Origin: Ruminococcus sp. | GTDB lineage: Bacteria > Bacillota > Clostridia > Oscillospirales > Acutalibacteraceae | Assembly (NCBI GenBank): GCA_017410265.1 | Contig: JAFQRC010000010.1 | Coordinates: 27,679 to 91,678, forward strand | DNA: 64,000 nucleotides | Direction of reading: 5' to 3' | In this document: positions 18,867 to 29,352 of the stretch, one piece after another | Layout: every line of letters begins with the position of its first letter | Numbering within the stretch: the first letter of the stretch is position 1 | Made by a program: the position numbers and the translations under genes | The notes under the pieces: generated by a model | Database searches by the model: none | Seen by the model: the letters and a program-made list of their open reading frames with translations, nothing else | What the model was told of the DNA's origin: nothing

Positions 18867-19355
18867 ATGCAAGACGTCTGCAATATAAATCGAATCGTAG
18901 AAACTTACTCGGATATGATACTGCGCATTGCATACCAGCACACAGCTAATATGCACGATGCACAGGATATCGCTCAGGAAGTTTTTCTCAGTGTGATAAA
19001 AAAGGATATGAAAAACTTTACTAAAGAGCACGAGAAAGCCTACATAATCAAAACGACCATAAACAAATGCAATTCTTTTCACCGTAAAAAAGGTAAACTT
19101 AATGTTGAGTATCTTGATGAAATATACAAAAATCCTAATGAGCCAGTATTCACCGCAAATGAACGAAGTATACTAAACGAAATACGCTCACTTGACAGCA
19201 AATACCGTGACGCGCTGTATCTCCACTACTACGAGGGATACAAGGCAAGCGAGATTGCTAAAATTCTCCACACCACAACTGGAAATGTTACCTCACTCTT
19301 GAAAAGAGGCAGAGAAAAGCTGAAAAAGCTACTGGAGGAGGACTACTATGAATGA
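18867..19355 (+). CDS. ECF RNA polymerase sigma factor
   Basis: DAQDIAQEVF region 2; YRDALYLHYYEGYKASEIAKIL...VTSLLKRGREKLKK region 4. Confidence 0.93.
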   Translation: MQDVCNINRIVETYSDMILRIAYQHTANMHDAQDIAQEVFLSVIKKDMKNFTKEHEKAYIIKTTINKCNSFHRKKGKLNVEYLDEIYKNPNEPVFTANERSILNEIRSLDSKYRDALYLHYYEGYKASEIAKILHTTTGNVTSLLKRGREKLKKLLEEDYYE

Positions 19356-20310
19356 GTATAAAAATATGCTAAGAAAAATCTCAGCATCTGAAAACTTCAA
19401 AAAAAGCACACTAGAGTTACTTTCTTCACAAACTGACAAAAGAAAACCCGTTTTAAAATTTGCTCCTGTAATGGCTGCGTGTCTTTGTGTAATAATCGTT
19501 CTGACTATTTTCATTATACCATTCGGCAACAGCAACAATTTTACTATCACCGCAAACGCAGAAACTACACTTTCAGACACAGATTTCACCCCAATTTCTG
19601 ATTTGACTGCTGCTCAGTCTGGTTTCTTCGGTCTGGATTTTTCTGAAGTTGCACCTATGCTTGACTCGGGCGAAAAAACCACAGACAACCCAAAAATTTC
19701 AACGAATGTGTTCTTTTCGCTAAATGTCGAAGGTGAAAGCATCGAAAGTGTAAAATTTGAAATAAGCAACGGCTTCTTTGAGGTTGGCGAAGGTGTAACC
19801 TATAAACTGCTCACTTTACAAAATGAAATCAAAGAAAAAACCGTCGGCATGCAGGACAGCTTCAAATATTTTGAAAGTATAACTCTTGACTATAACAACC
19901 AGATAGTTCCTATCGGAAAGTACTACGAGGGCGATTGGGTTGCTATGAGTGTTCTACGCCCTTATGACGAAGAAGCTCACAGAGAGCTTATTGAAAATCT
20001 GACTAGTCTGTCTGCTTTCAAGCCTGACCCTCAAAAAGAGCTTGAAAGTGAAGATTACTTTGAGACTACTATTGAAAACTTTTTAAACGAGATGTACAAG
20101 GACACAGAAATCTATGTTACTTGCACTTTCGAAAACGGAAAACAGCTCACAAAAACCCTAGAAGTTTATGTTGACTGTGAAATAACCGGCACAAAAGAGG
20201 AGTATTTTTTTACCGGTGACAACTATGCTGTCGATGAAAAAACAGAAGAAGACTACGAAAAGTATGAAGTTTACGACTACACCGTAAAGCTTTGTGCAAA
20301 GATAGTATAA
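19348..20310 (+). CDS. Putative anti-sigma factor (short cytoplasmic N-terminus, one TM helix, extracellular domain)
   Basis: Overlaps the sigma gene stop; TM MAACLCVIIVLTIFIIPF near residues 40-58. Confidence 0.65.
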   Translation: MNEYKNMLRKISASENFKKSTLELLSSQTDKRKPVLKFAPVMAACLCVIIVLTIFIIPFGNSNNFTITANAETTLSDTDFTPISDLTAAQSGFFGLDFSEVAPMLDSGEKTTDNPKISTNVFFSLNVEGESIESVKFEISNGFFEVGEGVTYKLLTLQNEIKEKTVGMQDSFKYFESITLDYNNQIVPIGKYYEGDWVAMSVLRPYDEEAHRELIENLTSLSAFKPDPQKELESEDYFETTIENFLNEMYKDTEIYVTCTFENGKQLTKTLEVYVDCEITGTKEEYFFTGDNYAVDEKTEEDYEKYEVYDYTVKLCAKIV

Positions 20311-20314
20311 AATT

Positions 20315-20346
20315 AAGCCTGACAGAAAAACTGTCAGGCTTTTTTT
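20315..20346. terminator. Bidirectional terminator
   Basis: AAGCCTGACAG-AAAAA-CTGTCAGGCTT-TTTTT. Confidence 0.85.
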
Positions 20347-20770
20347 ACAGATAGCGTTTCATATTTTCGATGTTGTATTCTTCGGTTTCTCTGAGCTTAT
20401 CGGCTAAATCGCGGATTTCCCCGTTGTTGCCGTCGTATTCGTTTGAGTTTCTAATAACCTTTGCGACTCCCATCGCACTGCCCTGAAGCATCATCTCGGC
20501 GATTTTTGAGTCCGTCGGGTCAGTGAGCGTTTTCATCCTAGACATCATCTCTGTTGACATCTTCGCCATAGCACTCGGATGGGATACATCACAGCCGTTC
20601 TCTAGCAGCATATTTCGCGCAGATTTGTAGATTTTATTGTACTCCTCGCGCTGGGCACTTAACTCCTTTTTGAATTTATCGCCGCTTGCGTAATCTCTCA
20701 CAGCGTCGATTCCGACAACACCCATCTCGGCATTTTTTGAAATCAGATTAAGCATTTTTTCGTCGTTCAT
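20345..20770 (-). CDS. Conserved-looking helical hypothetical protein
   Basis: GAGGTG RBS before ATG 20770; KNAEMG...SKIAEMMLQGSAMG; no function recognised. Confidence 0.7.
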   Translation of the reverse strand: MNDEKMLNLISKNAEMGVVGIDAVRDYASGDKFKKELSAQREEYNKIYKSARNMLLENGCDVSHPSAMAKMSTEMMSRMKTLTDPTDSKIAEMMLQGSAMGVAKVIRNSNEYDGNNGEIRDLADKLRETEEYNIENMKRYL

Positions 20771-20831
20771 AATATTCACCTCGATAGTAGTGTGAGCAGT
20801 AAAGGTGAGATTATGCGGGTGTTATATTTAT

Positions 20832-20872
20832 GGGTGCTTCGCACGCGGGTCGTCGAGGTCGCCAACCCCTAC
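20832..20872 (-). repeat. GTAG-type REP (variant)
   Basis: GGGTGCTTCGCACGCGGGTCGTCGAGGTCGCCAACCCCTAC has the same flank and CCCCTAC end as 18295-18332. Confidence 0.75.
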
Positions 20873-20879
20873 AATTTTT

Positions 20880-21695
20880 TTAATCAAACAATTCTTTGTG
20901 ATGTCTGGAATAATGGAAAATATACTGCTGGGCGATTCCGCCGTATAAACCGAACTCGTCGCCTTTATAGCCCTCGAACAAAACAGAAAGCGCGCGCTTC
21001 ATCCATACATCAAGCGGAAACGACTCGAGTCGGTGAAGTCCGTAGAGCAGTACGCAGTCAGCGACCTTAACCCCGACTCCTGTTATTTTCATCAGCTCTT
21101 TCTGAGCATCAAGGTAGTCCATAGTTCGTAGTTTACTTAGGTCGATTTCGCCTGAATGAACGCGCTTTGCCGCGTCTATTATGTAGCGGTGCCTAAACCC
21201 CGCGCGGATAACGGCTAAGTCATCGACCGAAAGACTGGAGAGCCTTTCAGCACCCGGAAAAGCGTAGTGTGTTTCATCTATTTTCTCGCCGAAATTCTCG
21301 CACAGCCTCTGTACTATTCCTTTTATTCTGCTGATATTATTATTCTGCGAGATGATGAAAGTAATCAGCGCTTCAAACGGCTCTTGATTTAAAATGCGGA
21401 TACCGCCCGCGTATTCTGAGGCTTCTTTGAGCACAGGGTGCATTTTCGACAAATCGTCCCTGATTTTCCCGTAGTCAAGACCCAAATCAAAGTAGCTTTC
21501 CCACATTTTCTCTGAAAGCTCAAAGCCACTCTCTATAGTAAGCTCCCCATTTTCGTACTTAGCGGTCGCTACTATACCTTTGACAACCCCTGTGAAAGTG
21601 CCGTCGCTATTTTCATTCCACCTAAAAGACTGTCCGCAGTCGAGTGTCTGCGCTAAATCAAACGGACTCACATTTTCAAAAACTAACTTTCCCAT
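20880..21695 (-). CDS. 8-oxoguanine DNA glycosylase (OGG1-like, HhH-GPD)
   Basis: FDLAQTLDCGQSFRW, ILNQEPFEALITFIISQNNNI and GVGVKVADCVLL...FPLDVW motifs. Confidence 0.92.
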   Translation of the reverse strand: MGKLVFENVSPFDLAQTLDCGQSFRWNENSDGTFTGVVKGIVATAKYENGELTIESGFELSEKMWESYFDLGLDYGKIRDDLSKMHPVLKEASEYAGGIRILNQEPFEALITFIISQNNNISRIKGIVQRLCENFGEKIDETHYAFPGAERLSSLSVDDLAVIRAGFRHRYIIDAAKRVHSGEIDLSKLRTMDYLDAQKELMKITGVGVKVADCVLLYGLHRLESFPLDVWMKRALSVLFEGYKGDEFGLYGGIAQQYIFHYSRHHKELFD

Positions 21696-21803
21696 AACAA
21701 AACCCTTTTCACAAAATCTGAATTAAGTATACCACAATGAAAAATAATATGCTATACTAAGTGTATGTCAATGTGTGGAACACAAAACAAAGGTGGAGTA
21801 AAA

Positions 21804-22505
21804 ATGAAAGAAACTATCTGTACCATTCCGATTAACGATATATTCAATGAAGTCGGCGGTTGCCCTATCTGCAGAATGCGTGATTTAATCGAAAAGCAGT
21901 ATGTCGAGTACATCACAGGAGCTGCGATGATGGCGCCTAACATCAGAGTCATCACAAATGAAAAGGGCTTTTGTCACCACCACTACGAAATGATGCTAAG
22001 TTCAGGTCCGAAGCTTTCAAATGCACTTTTGATGCAGACTAGACTTCAGTATATAAACGACCATATGCTCCCAAAAGCAGAGTCAAGTAAGCCGTCTAAA
22101 TCCCAGCTTGATGCTATCAGAAACGCCAGAACCTCGTGTTATGTATGCGACAGAATTGACTTTGATATCAACCACCTTTTAGGCACATTTTTTGTCCAGT
22201 TTTCAAATGACGAAAACTTCAGAGAACTCTTAAAAAAGCAGGAGTACATCTGCCTTAATCACTATGAGCTACTCCACCGCGGAGCATCTTCAAAAGGCGG
22301 TATAAAAGCAAAGGATATGAAAGCCTTCTGCGAAATCACAAACGCGCTATGTAAAAACTACCTTGATACGCTTTATGGTGATGTCACCCATTTTACAACG
22401 ATGTTTGACTATCGTAACGCAGGCGGTGACTGGAAAAACTCTAAAGACTCCGTTGAGCGCAGTGTGAAATTTCTCACCTCAAACGAAGTCGAGGAAGTTA
22501 AATAA
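21804..22505 (+). CDS. DUF6062 family protein
   Basis: GCPICR, GFCHHH, CYVC and ICLNH metal-ligand motifs; start ATG 21804 behind GGAG. Confidence 0.75.
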   Translation: MKETICTIPINDIFNEVGGCPICRMRDLIEKQYVEYITGAAMMAPNIRVITNEKGFCHHHYEMMLSSGPKLSNALLMQTRLQYINDHMLPKAESSKPSKSQLDAIRNARTSCYVCDRIDFDINHLLGTFFVQFSNDENFRELLKKQEYICLNHYELLHRGASSKGGIKAKDMKAFCEITNALCKNYLDTLYGDVTHFTTMFDYRNAGGDWKNSKDSVERSVKFLTSNEVEEVK

Positions 22506-22516
22506 CAGTCAATAAT

Positions 22517-23005
22517 ATGGAGCACAAGGAAAGAAAACAAATCCGCCTGAAAGAATACGATTATTCATCATCAGGCGTGTATTTTATTACAGTGTGCGTT
22601 AAGGATAAGAAGCCGTTATTGTGGAACAATGTAGGGGCGACCAGTGGTCGTCCAAATGATACAAGGTTATCTGCATACGGAAAAATTGTTGATGATGCAA
22701 TACTCAAAATACCAATACACTATCCTAATATTAAAATTGACAATTATGTTGTAATGCCTAATCACATACACCTTTTACTAAGCATAGAAGGCGACATTGA
22801 CGGACGACCACTGGTCGCCCCTACGATATCGCGGGTCATACAACAGATGAAGGGATATGTATCAAAGCAAATTGGTCACAGCATATGGCAAAAATTATTC
22901 ATCGACCACATTATCCGCAACGAGCGTGATTACATTGAGCACTACACATACATCGATGAAAATCCCGTAAAATGGGAGCTTGATAAACTTTATATTGAAA
23001 CATAA
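22517..23005 (+). mobile_element. REP-associated tyrosine transposase (RAYT, Y1 HUH nuclease)
   Basis: RKQIRLKEYDYS...YFITVC, HUH MPNHIHLL, WQKLFIDHIIRN and catalytic YIDENP; two 23-bp inverted REPs inside the ORF. Confidence 0.9.
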
Positions 23006-23040
23006 AAAAGGACTCCTTTTTCGGGAGTCCTTTTATTTTT
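23004..23040. terminator. Bidirectional terminator between RAYT and truB
   Basis: AAAAAAGGACTCC-TTTTTCG-GGAGTCCTTTT. Confidence 0.85.
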
Positions 23041-23938
23041 CAAAATGTTTGTAAATTTTCAAAACGCCTTTGTCGGTGTCTGTGATACCCAGTCCCAAAA
23101 AAGCGCCCTCTATATCCTTCACTCGGAAGATTTCGCCGTTTTCAAAGCTCATATCGCGCAAAGCGGTGCGAGAAATATCAAGCGCATTTCCGTTGTAAAA
23201 CCTCACTGCCTGCTTCTCGCTCACTCTGAGCTCTCTGTAATTCACAAAAAGGCTTTCGGTAGAAAGAATTCTATCCTCAATTTTTCCGTTTTCGGTGAGC
23301 GCTTTGAGTTCGTCCAAAGTAATCGCATCTTCTAGAGTGAAACCACACGCAGAGGTTCTTACTAGCTCGGTCATAACCGCGTTTGTACCCATGCTCTTTG
23401 CTATATCGTCTATCAGGCTGCGGATGTATGTACCCTTTGAGCAGGAGACTGATAGTATTCCCTCCTGCGTTTTTTCGTCAAAGCTGTCTAGTGTAAGCGA
23501 ATAAATGGTGATGGGTCTGGCCTCACGCTCTACTTCTATCCCCTGACGGGCTAAATCGTAGAGTCTGACTCCGTCTTTTTGCACCGCTGAGTACATCGGC
23601 GGAACCTGCATTATCTCACCGACAAACTTCTCCATCGCTTTTATAAGCTTCTCCTTTGTGACAAAATCGCCGTTACATTCAGTGACCTTTCCCCAGATAT
23701 CAAGCGTATCAGAAGTTAGTCCGAACTTAAATTTTGCTTTGTAGCTTTTGTCGTGATTAGGGATAATATCCTGCGCCTTTGTCGCGTTTCCTAAAAGCAC
23801 GGGGAGCACTCCCGTAGCATTCGGGTCAAGCGTTCCGCAGTGACCGACTTTCTTCGTACTTAGCGTTTTTCTCACCACAGCGACCACATCAAACGAGGTA
23901 AACTCCTGCTCTTTGTTTATAACAACTACGCCGTTCAT
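23033..23938 (-). CDS. truB: tRNA pseudouridine(55) synthase
   Basis: KVGHCGTLDPNATGVL, QVPPMYSA and CSKGTYIRSL motifs. Confidence 0.97.
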   Translation of the reverse strand: MNGVVVINKEQEFTSFDVVAVVRKTLSTKKVGHCGTLDPNATGVLPVLLGNATKAQDIIPNHDKSYKAKFKFGLTSDTLDIWGKVTECNGDFVTKEKLIKAMEKFVGEIMQVPPMYSAVQKDGVRLYDLARQGIEVEREARPITIYSLTLDSFDEKTQEGILSVSCSKGTYIRSLIDDIAKSMGTNAVMTELVRTSACGFTLEDAITLDELKALTENGKIEDRILSTESLFVNYRELRVSEKQAVRFYNGNALDISRTALRDMSFENGEIFRVKDIEGAFLGLGITDTDKGVLKIYKHFEK

Positions 23939-24882
23939 AGTACCTCTTCAGCCGCTCTTATTAGCATATATTTGACGGTTTTCAAGTCGCCTTTGATAGA
24001 ACAACCCGAAGCCGCTACATGACCGCCTCCGCCAAAGCGTGCGCAGAAATCCGACGCGTTTATTCCGTCGTTTGTACGGACGGAAACCTTGAAGGTGCCG
24101 TCCTCTTTCTCACGCATGGTGATGCCGATTTTTACACCCTCGACCTGACGCGGAATGGAAGCCAGCCCCTCCATCTCGTCATCGCCCGCACAAAGTGCTT
24201 TCTGCATAGCAAGTGTCGTGTAGATAATCGCGCACTTTCCGCCACAGTAAAACTCCATTGTATCGTAAACCATACGTTCCATTTTGATTTTCGCTCTGGT
24301 TTTTGTTTCGAAGTTTATGCGGTTAATCTCGGTGAAATCACAGCCTAAGCTGATGATGTCAGCGGCGATTCGGTGAGTCTGGGCGGTTGTGTTTGTGTAG
24401 CAGAAACAGCCTGTGTCAGTGGAAATACCGGTGTAGATAGCGTTTGTGATGTCGCGGGTGAATTTAGCGCGCATTTCTTTTATCAGCACATAAATAATCT
24501 CACACGCAGCAGCGCAACTTGCATCGACAAAGATATTCTTCGCTTTCATTGAGTTTGAGCCGTGGTGGTCTAGACACAAGTCGATTTTGTTCTCATATTC
24601 CTCCTGAAGCTCGCCGAGCAGTGACGGTGCCGCGATATCAACGCTCACTACATATTCATATGAAAAGTCCTGTTCGCTGTAGTTTTTCGCAAGATAAGTG
24701 AATTTTGACGGCAGATTACCGCTTATAATAACATTCGCTTTCTTGCCCATACCGCGCAGTGCGTAGCAAAGCGCAAAAGCACAGCCTAAAGTATCTCCGT
24801 CAGGATAGCGGTGAGTCAGAATATGAAATTTGTCGTTATTTAAGAGAAGCTTTGACGCTTCAGATAGTGTTATCTTCTTCAT
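23935..24882 (-). CDS. nrnA: DHH family phosphoesterase (bifunctional oligoribonuclease/pAp phosphatase)
   Basis: HRYPDGD, DHH, TDTG and FGGGGH motifs; start moved to ATG 24882, overlapping the rbfA end. Confidence 0.9.
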   Translation of the reverse strand: MKKITLSEASKLLLNNDKFHILTHRYPDGDTLGCAFALCYALRGMGKKANVIISGNLPSKFTYLAKNYSEQDFSYEYVVSVDIAAPSLLGELQEEYENKIDLCLDHHGSNSMKAKNIFVDASCAAACEIIYVLIKEMRAKFTRDITNAIYTGISTDTGCFCYTNTTAQTHRIAADIISLGCDFTEINRINFETKTRAKIKMERMVYDTMEFYCGGKCAIIYTTLAMQKALCAGDDEMEGLASIPRQVEGVKIGITMREKEDGTFKVSVRTNDGINASDFCARFGGGGHVAASGCSIKGDLKTVKYMLIRAAEEVL

Positions 24883-25237
24883 CTTCGCTCTCCTTAATGT
24901 CAAGAGAATTGAGAATTCTCGAGATTTCAGCACTGTACTCGATAGAGTCGGTAGCGGTGAAAATAAGCGACGGCACATGTCTGAGCTTTAGTCTGTGGCC
25001 AAGCTCTCTGCGGATAAAGCCGGAAGCTGAGTCTAAACCTTTGCACGCGTTCTTTGTTTTCTCGATACCCTCTAAGGAGCTGACGAATACTGTGCAGTAG
25101 GACAAATCATTAGTGACCTCAACGCGCACGATAGAGAGAAATACCTCTGTTACGCGAGGGTCTTTGAGCTCTCTGAAAATCGCCGAGAGCTCACGCTTGA
25201 TGTCCTCTGTTGTTCGTCCCATTCTATGATTAGCCAT
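24860..25237 (-). CDS. rbfA: 30S ribosome-binding factor A
   Basis: LKDPRV...DLSYCTVFVS...GFIRRELG...LRHVP; position after infB. Confidence 0.96.
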   Translation of the reverse strand: MANHRMGRTTEDIKRELSAIFRELKDPRVTEVFLSIVRVEVTNDLSYCTVFVSSLEGIEKTKNACKGLDSASGFIRRELGHRLKLRHVPSLIFTATDSIEYSAEISRILNSLDIKESEDEEDNTI

Positions 25238-25239
25238 AA

Positions 25240-27630
25240 TTAGTCCTCACGATATTCTTCGATAGTGAATACCTCGAAGATGTCGCCTTCTTTGATGTCT
25301 GCGTATTTTTCAAGGCCGATACCGCATTCGTAGCCTTCAGCGACTTCCTTGACGGAATCTTTGAAACGCTGGAGTGAAGCAATTGTGTCATCAGCGATGA
25401 TGATACCATCTCTGACTACTCTGACACCTGCTCCACGCTGAATCTTACCGCTCTTGATGTATGAGCCTGCGATATTGCCGATAGATTTGATACGGATAAT
25501 ATTTCTGACTTCAGCTGTACCAAGGATAACTTCTCTTGTTTTTGGAGCGAGCATACCCTTCATAGCTGACTCGATTTCTTCGATACAATCATAGATGATG
25601 CGGTACATACGCATATCTACGCCGTCACGCTCTGCGTTAGCCTGAGCTGTAGCATCAGGACGAACATTAAAGCCGACGATGATAGCATTTGATGCGTTAG
25701 CAAGCATAACATCACTTTCGTTTACCGCACCAACTGCACCGTGGATAATGTTAACTCTGACTTCTTCGTTAGAAAGCTTCTCGAGCGACTGTCTTACAGC
25801 TTCAACAGAGCCCTGAACATCGGCTTTAACGATGATTTTGAGCTCCTTGACTTCGCCAAGCTTCATATGGTCAAAGAGGTTATCAAGAGTAACCTTAGTC
25901 TGAGCGTTAAACTGCTCTTCTTTTATCGCTGTCTTTCTCTGTTCAACAAGCTCACGGGCTAAACGCTCGTCAGAAACTACATTGAAGATGTCGCCGCCTG
26001 TAGGAACTTCTGAAAGACCTGTAATCTCAACAGGAACTGACGGACCTGCTTCTTTAACTTTTCTGCCCTTGTCATCAAGCATAACTCTGACATGACCGAC
26101 AGTTGTACCGGCTACAACTGTGTCGCCCTGACGCAGTGTACCATTCTGGACAAGGATAGTAGCGATAGGGCCTCTGCCCTTATCAAGTCTTGCTTCGATA
26201 ACGATACCCTTACCAGCACGGTTAGGATTAGCCTTGAGCTCTTTCATATCAGCAACTAAAAGTACCATTTCAAGAAGCTCGTCGATACCCATCTGAGTCT
26301 TAGCTGATACAGGAACGATAGGTGTATCTCCGCCCCATTCCTCAGGAATGAGCTCGTACTCTGTGAGCTGCTGTTTAATCTGCTCAGGGTTAGCGCCGAC
26401 CTTATCCATCTTGTTGATAGCAACGATGATGGAAACACCAGCAGCCTTTGCGTGGTTGATAGCTTCAACTGTCTGAGGCATAATACCGTCATCAGCAGCA
26501 ACTACTAAGATTGCGATATCTGTAGCCATAGCACCACGCGCTCTCATTGTAGTGAAAGCTTCGTGACCAGGTGTATCAAGGAAGGTGATATCTCTGTCGT
26601 TTATGTGCACTCTGTAAGCACCGATGTGCTGAGTGATACCGCCTGCTTCAGTAGCTGTAACATGAGCGTTACGGATACAGTCAAGAAGTGAAGTCTTACC
26701 GTGGTCAACGTGACCCATAACAACTACTACCGGAGCACGCTCTACTAGATTTGCATCGTCGTCTTCGCTGTCGTCGATGATTCTCTCTTCGATTGTCACA
26801 ACGACCTCCTTTTCTACCTTTGCGTGGAATTCCATCGCGATGAGGGAGGCTGTGTCAAAGTCAACAACATCGTTCTGAGTAACCATTGTACCCATCAAAA
26901 ATGCCTTCTTAACAACCTCGGCAACTGTAGCCTTGAGTCTTAAAGCAAGCTCAGAGATAACGATTTCGTCAGGAATCTGTATAGTCATCTGCTTAGCCTT
27001 ACGCTCAGCAGCGATACGCTTTAATCTCTCCTGCTCTGTTTCGCGCTTGCCCTGACGGCGGTTTTTTGATGAGCGCTGATTGATTTTCTGCTTCTTTGAA
27101 GACATCTGGTTTTCGTTTTTAACCTTCTCGAAAGCCATACGGTCGTACTTCTCGTTGTATCTGTCAACGTTGATTTCAACAGCAGAAGTGTCGATAACTC
27201 GGCCCTGACCTCTGCGAGATTTAATCTCGGATTTAAGGTCAACTTCCTTTTCAACCTTTGGAGATTCAGCCTTTTTAGGAGCTTCCTTCTTAGCTTCTGC
27301 CTGAGGCTTGTTAGCTTTCTTTGCGCTTTCTGGGCGGAGGCTGTCCTTAGCTTCCTCTCTCTTGCGCTTTTCTTCCTCTTTACGCTGTACTACTTCCTGT
27401 TCAGCCTTTTCAATCGCCTTTTCTCTTACTGCAAAGTAAGCGTTGAAGTTTTCGACAGCGTTTTTCTGTGTATAGTAATCAAAAATTACATCTAGCTCGC
27501 TCTCTTCGAGTGAGGTCATAGTTTTCTTGCTGACCTTGCAGTACTCCTCGAGCACCGCGATAACATCTTTTGCAGGCACATTAAGGTCAGTAGCAACTTC
27601 TTTGACTTTGTATTTAATCATCATAGCCAT
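25240..27630 (-). CDS. infB: Translation initiation factor IF-2
   Basis: [20 protein letters not shown] and NKMD GTPase motifs. Confidence 0.98.
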   Translation of the reverse strand: MAMMIKYKVKEVATDLNVPAKDVIAVLEEYCKVSKKTMTSLEESELDVIFDYYTQKNAVENFNAYFAVREKAIEKAEQEVVQRKEEEKRKREEAKDSLRPESAKKANKPQAEAKKEAPKKAESPKVEKEVDLKSEIKSRRGQGRVIDTSAVEINVDRYNEKYDRMAFEKVKNENQMSSKKQKINQRSSKNRRQGKRETEQERLKRIAAERKAKQMTIQIPDEIVISELALRLKATVAEVVKKAFLMGTMVTQNDVVDFDTASLIAMEFHAKVEKEVVVTIEERIIDDSEDDDANLVERAPVVVVMGHVDHGKTSLLDCIRNAHVTATEAGGITQHIGAYRVHINDRDITFLDTPGHEAFTTMRARGAMATDIAILVVAADDGIMPQTVEAINHAKAAGVSIIVAINKMDKVGANPEQIKQQLTEYELIPEEWGGDTPIVPVSAKTQMGIDELLEMVLLVADMKELKANPNRAGKGIVIEARLDKGRGPIATILVQNGTLRQGDTVVAGTTVGHVRVMLDDKGRKVKEAGPSVPVEITGLSEVPTGGDIFNVVSDERLARELVEQRKTAIKEEQFNAQTKVTLDNLFDHMKLGEVKELKIIVKADVQGSVEAVRQSLEKLSNEEVRVNIIHGAVGAVNESDVMLANASNAIIVGFNVRPDATAQANAERDGVDMRMYRIIYDCIEEIESAMKGMLAPKTREVILGTAEVRNIIRIKSIGNIAGSYIKSGKIQRGAGVRVVRDGIIIADDTIASLQRFKDSVKEVAEGYECGIGLEKYADIKEGDIFEVFTIEEYRED

Positions 27631-27633
27631 GCA

Positions 27634-27942
27634 TTATTCCTCCTTTAAAATCAGCGTTTCTGCTTTTTTAGCAAAGCCGTCGTCTAAAATACTCAGTACC
27701 GCGGTGTACTTGCCGACACAAAGTGAGATTTCCTCTTTAGTATACGGCACTACATACACTTTTACACCTACTCTGTGAGCTGTAGTGAGCACGCCCTTTG
27801 CGGTATTTTTTGAACAATCGGACGCTATAATAACAAGCTTTGCTTTTTTCTGATTGATAGAATCGACTACAGGGTCGTTTCCAAGGACTATTCTGCCCGC
27901 TCTGCGGCACAGCCCCAGTAGCGACAAGAGCTTGTCAGTCAT
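27634..27942 (-). CDS. ylxQ: L7Ae/L30e family RNA-binding protein
   Basis: LLGLCRRAG...LVIIASD; between ylxR and infB. Confidence 0.88.
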   Translation of the reverse strand: MTDKLLSLLGLCRRAGRIVLGNDPVVDSINQKKAKLVIIASDCSKNTAKGVLTTAHRVGVKVYVVPYTKEEISLCVGKYTAVLSILDDGFAKKAETLILKEE

Positions 27943-28201
27943 TTTCTATCTCCTTTTCCATTGTATCGTAAAGCTGTGGAGAAATCTGACAATCTAAAGC
28001 TCGCTCGATTCTCTTAGCTTTTCTAGCCTTTTTCAGGCACTCTATATCTTTACAGATATATGCGCCTCGACCGGGCTTTTTGCCACTTAAATCAAGAGAA
28101 ACTTCGCCGTCTTTGTTTTTCACGACACGCACCAGCTCACGCTTTTCTTTCATTTCATTACAGCCTGTGCATTTTCTAAGCGGAATCTTTCTTGTTGCCA
28201 T
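27935..28201 (-). CDS. ylxR: YlxR (RNase P modulator, DUF448)
   Basis: PLRKCTGC...GRGAYIC motif; follows nusA. Confidence 0.93.
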   Translation of the reverse strand: MATRKIPLRKCTGCNEMKEKRELVRVVKNKDGEVSLDLSGKKPGRGAYICKDIECLKKARKAKRIERALDCQISPQLYDTMEKEIEND

Positions 28202-28228
28202 AGTTTTCTCCTTTGCTAAATAAATCTA

Positions 28229-29311
28229 TTAAGCTTCTTCTGATTCGTCCTCTGTATCTTCGCCCCAGAAGCCAGACTCAGGGCGGATATCAATCTTCCA
28301 GCCTGTGAGTTTAGCCGCAAGACGAACATTCTGACCTTTGTTACCGATAGCTAGGGAAAGCTGTGAATCAGGAACTGTAGCCTTGCACGCCTTAGCCTCC
28401 ATATCAATAACCTCAACTTTTACTACTGATGCAGGAGAAAGTGCTGCACAAACATACTGCTCTGGTTCTTCGCTGTAGAGCACGATGTCGATTTTCTCAC
28501 CGCAGAGCTCGTCAACGATAGCGTTAACTCGAGCACCACGGGTACCGATACAAGCACCGACCGCGTCAACCTCGCTGTCTGATGAATAAACAGCCATTTT
28601 TGTACGGGAGCCAGCTTCACGGGAAACTGACTTAATCTCAACGATGCCGTCAAAAATCTCAGGAACTTCCTTTTCGAACAATCTCTTTACAAAATCAGGG
28701 TGAGTTCTGGAGATGATAGCGCGTGGACCGCGGTCGCCTTCTTTCACACCTGCTACATAAATCTTGACTGTATCGCCTGAAACGAGCTCCTCGCCCGGAA
28801 TCTGCTCAGCCTTTGGAAGAATAGCTTCTGCCTTGCCGAAACGGATAACAGCGTTGCCTGTAACAGGGTCAACTCGCTCGATAGTAGCGGTTGCGATTTC
28901 CTGCTGTTTTGACTGGAACTCGATGAGCATCTGACCCTTCTCGCCGTCCCTAATTCCCTGACGGATAACTGAACGGGCTGTCTGCACAGCGATTCTGCCG
29001 AATTTCTTAGGCTCAAGCGGGATGCCGAGCTCTTTGCCAACAGCGGCACGCTTTGAGATAACCTTTGCGTCTTCAAGTGAGATTTCGAAATTTTCGTCCT
29101 CAACCTCTTCGACAACTGTTTTGATGAGTTTTACCCCGAATGCGTTCTTCTCAGGGTCCATTTTGATGTCTACATTTTCGTTTCCGCCGTAGAGATTTCT
29201 GCACGCTGAAACGATAGCTTTCTTAATCTGAGAAATCATGTAGTCAACCGGAATACCCTTTTCCTTTTCGAGAAGCTGTAATGCTAAAAATAATTCTTTG
29301 TTACTAGCCAT
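28229..29311 (-). CDS. nusA: Transcription factor NusA
   Basis: FGRIAVQTA, S1 domain, REAGSRTK and AIGNKGQNVRLA KH motifs. Confidence 0.97.
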   Translation of the reverse strand: MASNKELFLALQLLEKEKGIPVDYMISQIKKAIVSACRNLYGGNENVDIKMDPEKNAFGVKLIKTVVEEVEDENFEISLEDAKVISKRAAVGKELGIPLEPKKFGRIAVQTARSVIRQGIRDGEKGQMLIEFQSKQQEIATATIERVDPVTGNAVIRFGKAEAILPKAEQIPGEELVSGDTVKIYVAGVKEGDRGPRAIISRTHPDFVKRLFEKEVPEIFDGIVEIKSVSREAGSRTKMAVYSSDSEVDAVGACIGTRGARVNAIVDELCGEKIDIVLYSEEPEQYVCAALSPASVVKVEVIDMEAKACKATVPDSQLSLAIGNKGQNVRLAAKLTGWKIDIRPESGFWGEDTEDESEEA

Positions 29312-29352
29312 TTTTGTTAATCTCTCCCTTTTATGTGATGTTAATTAAAACC

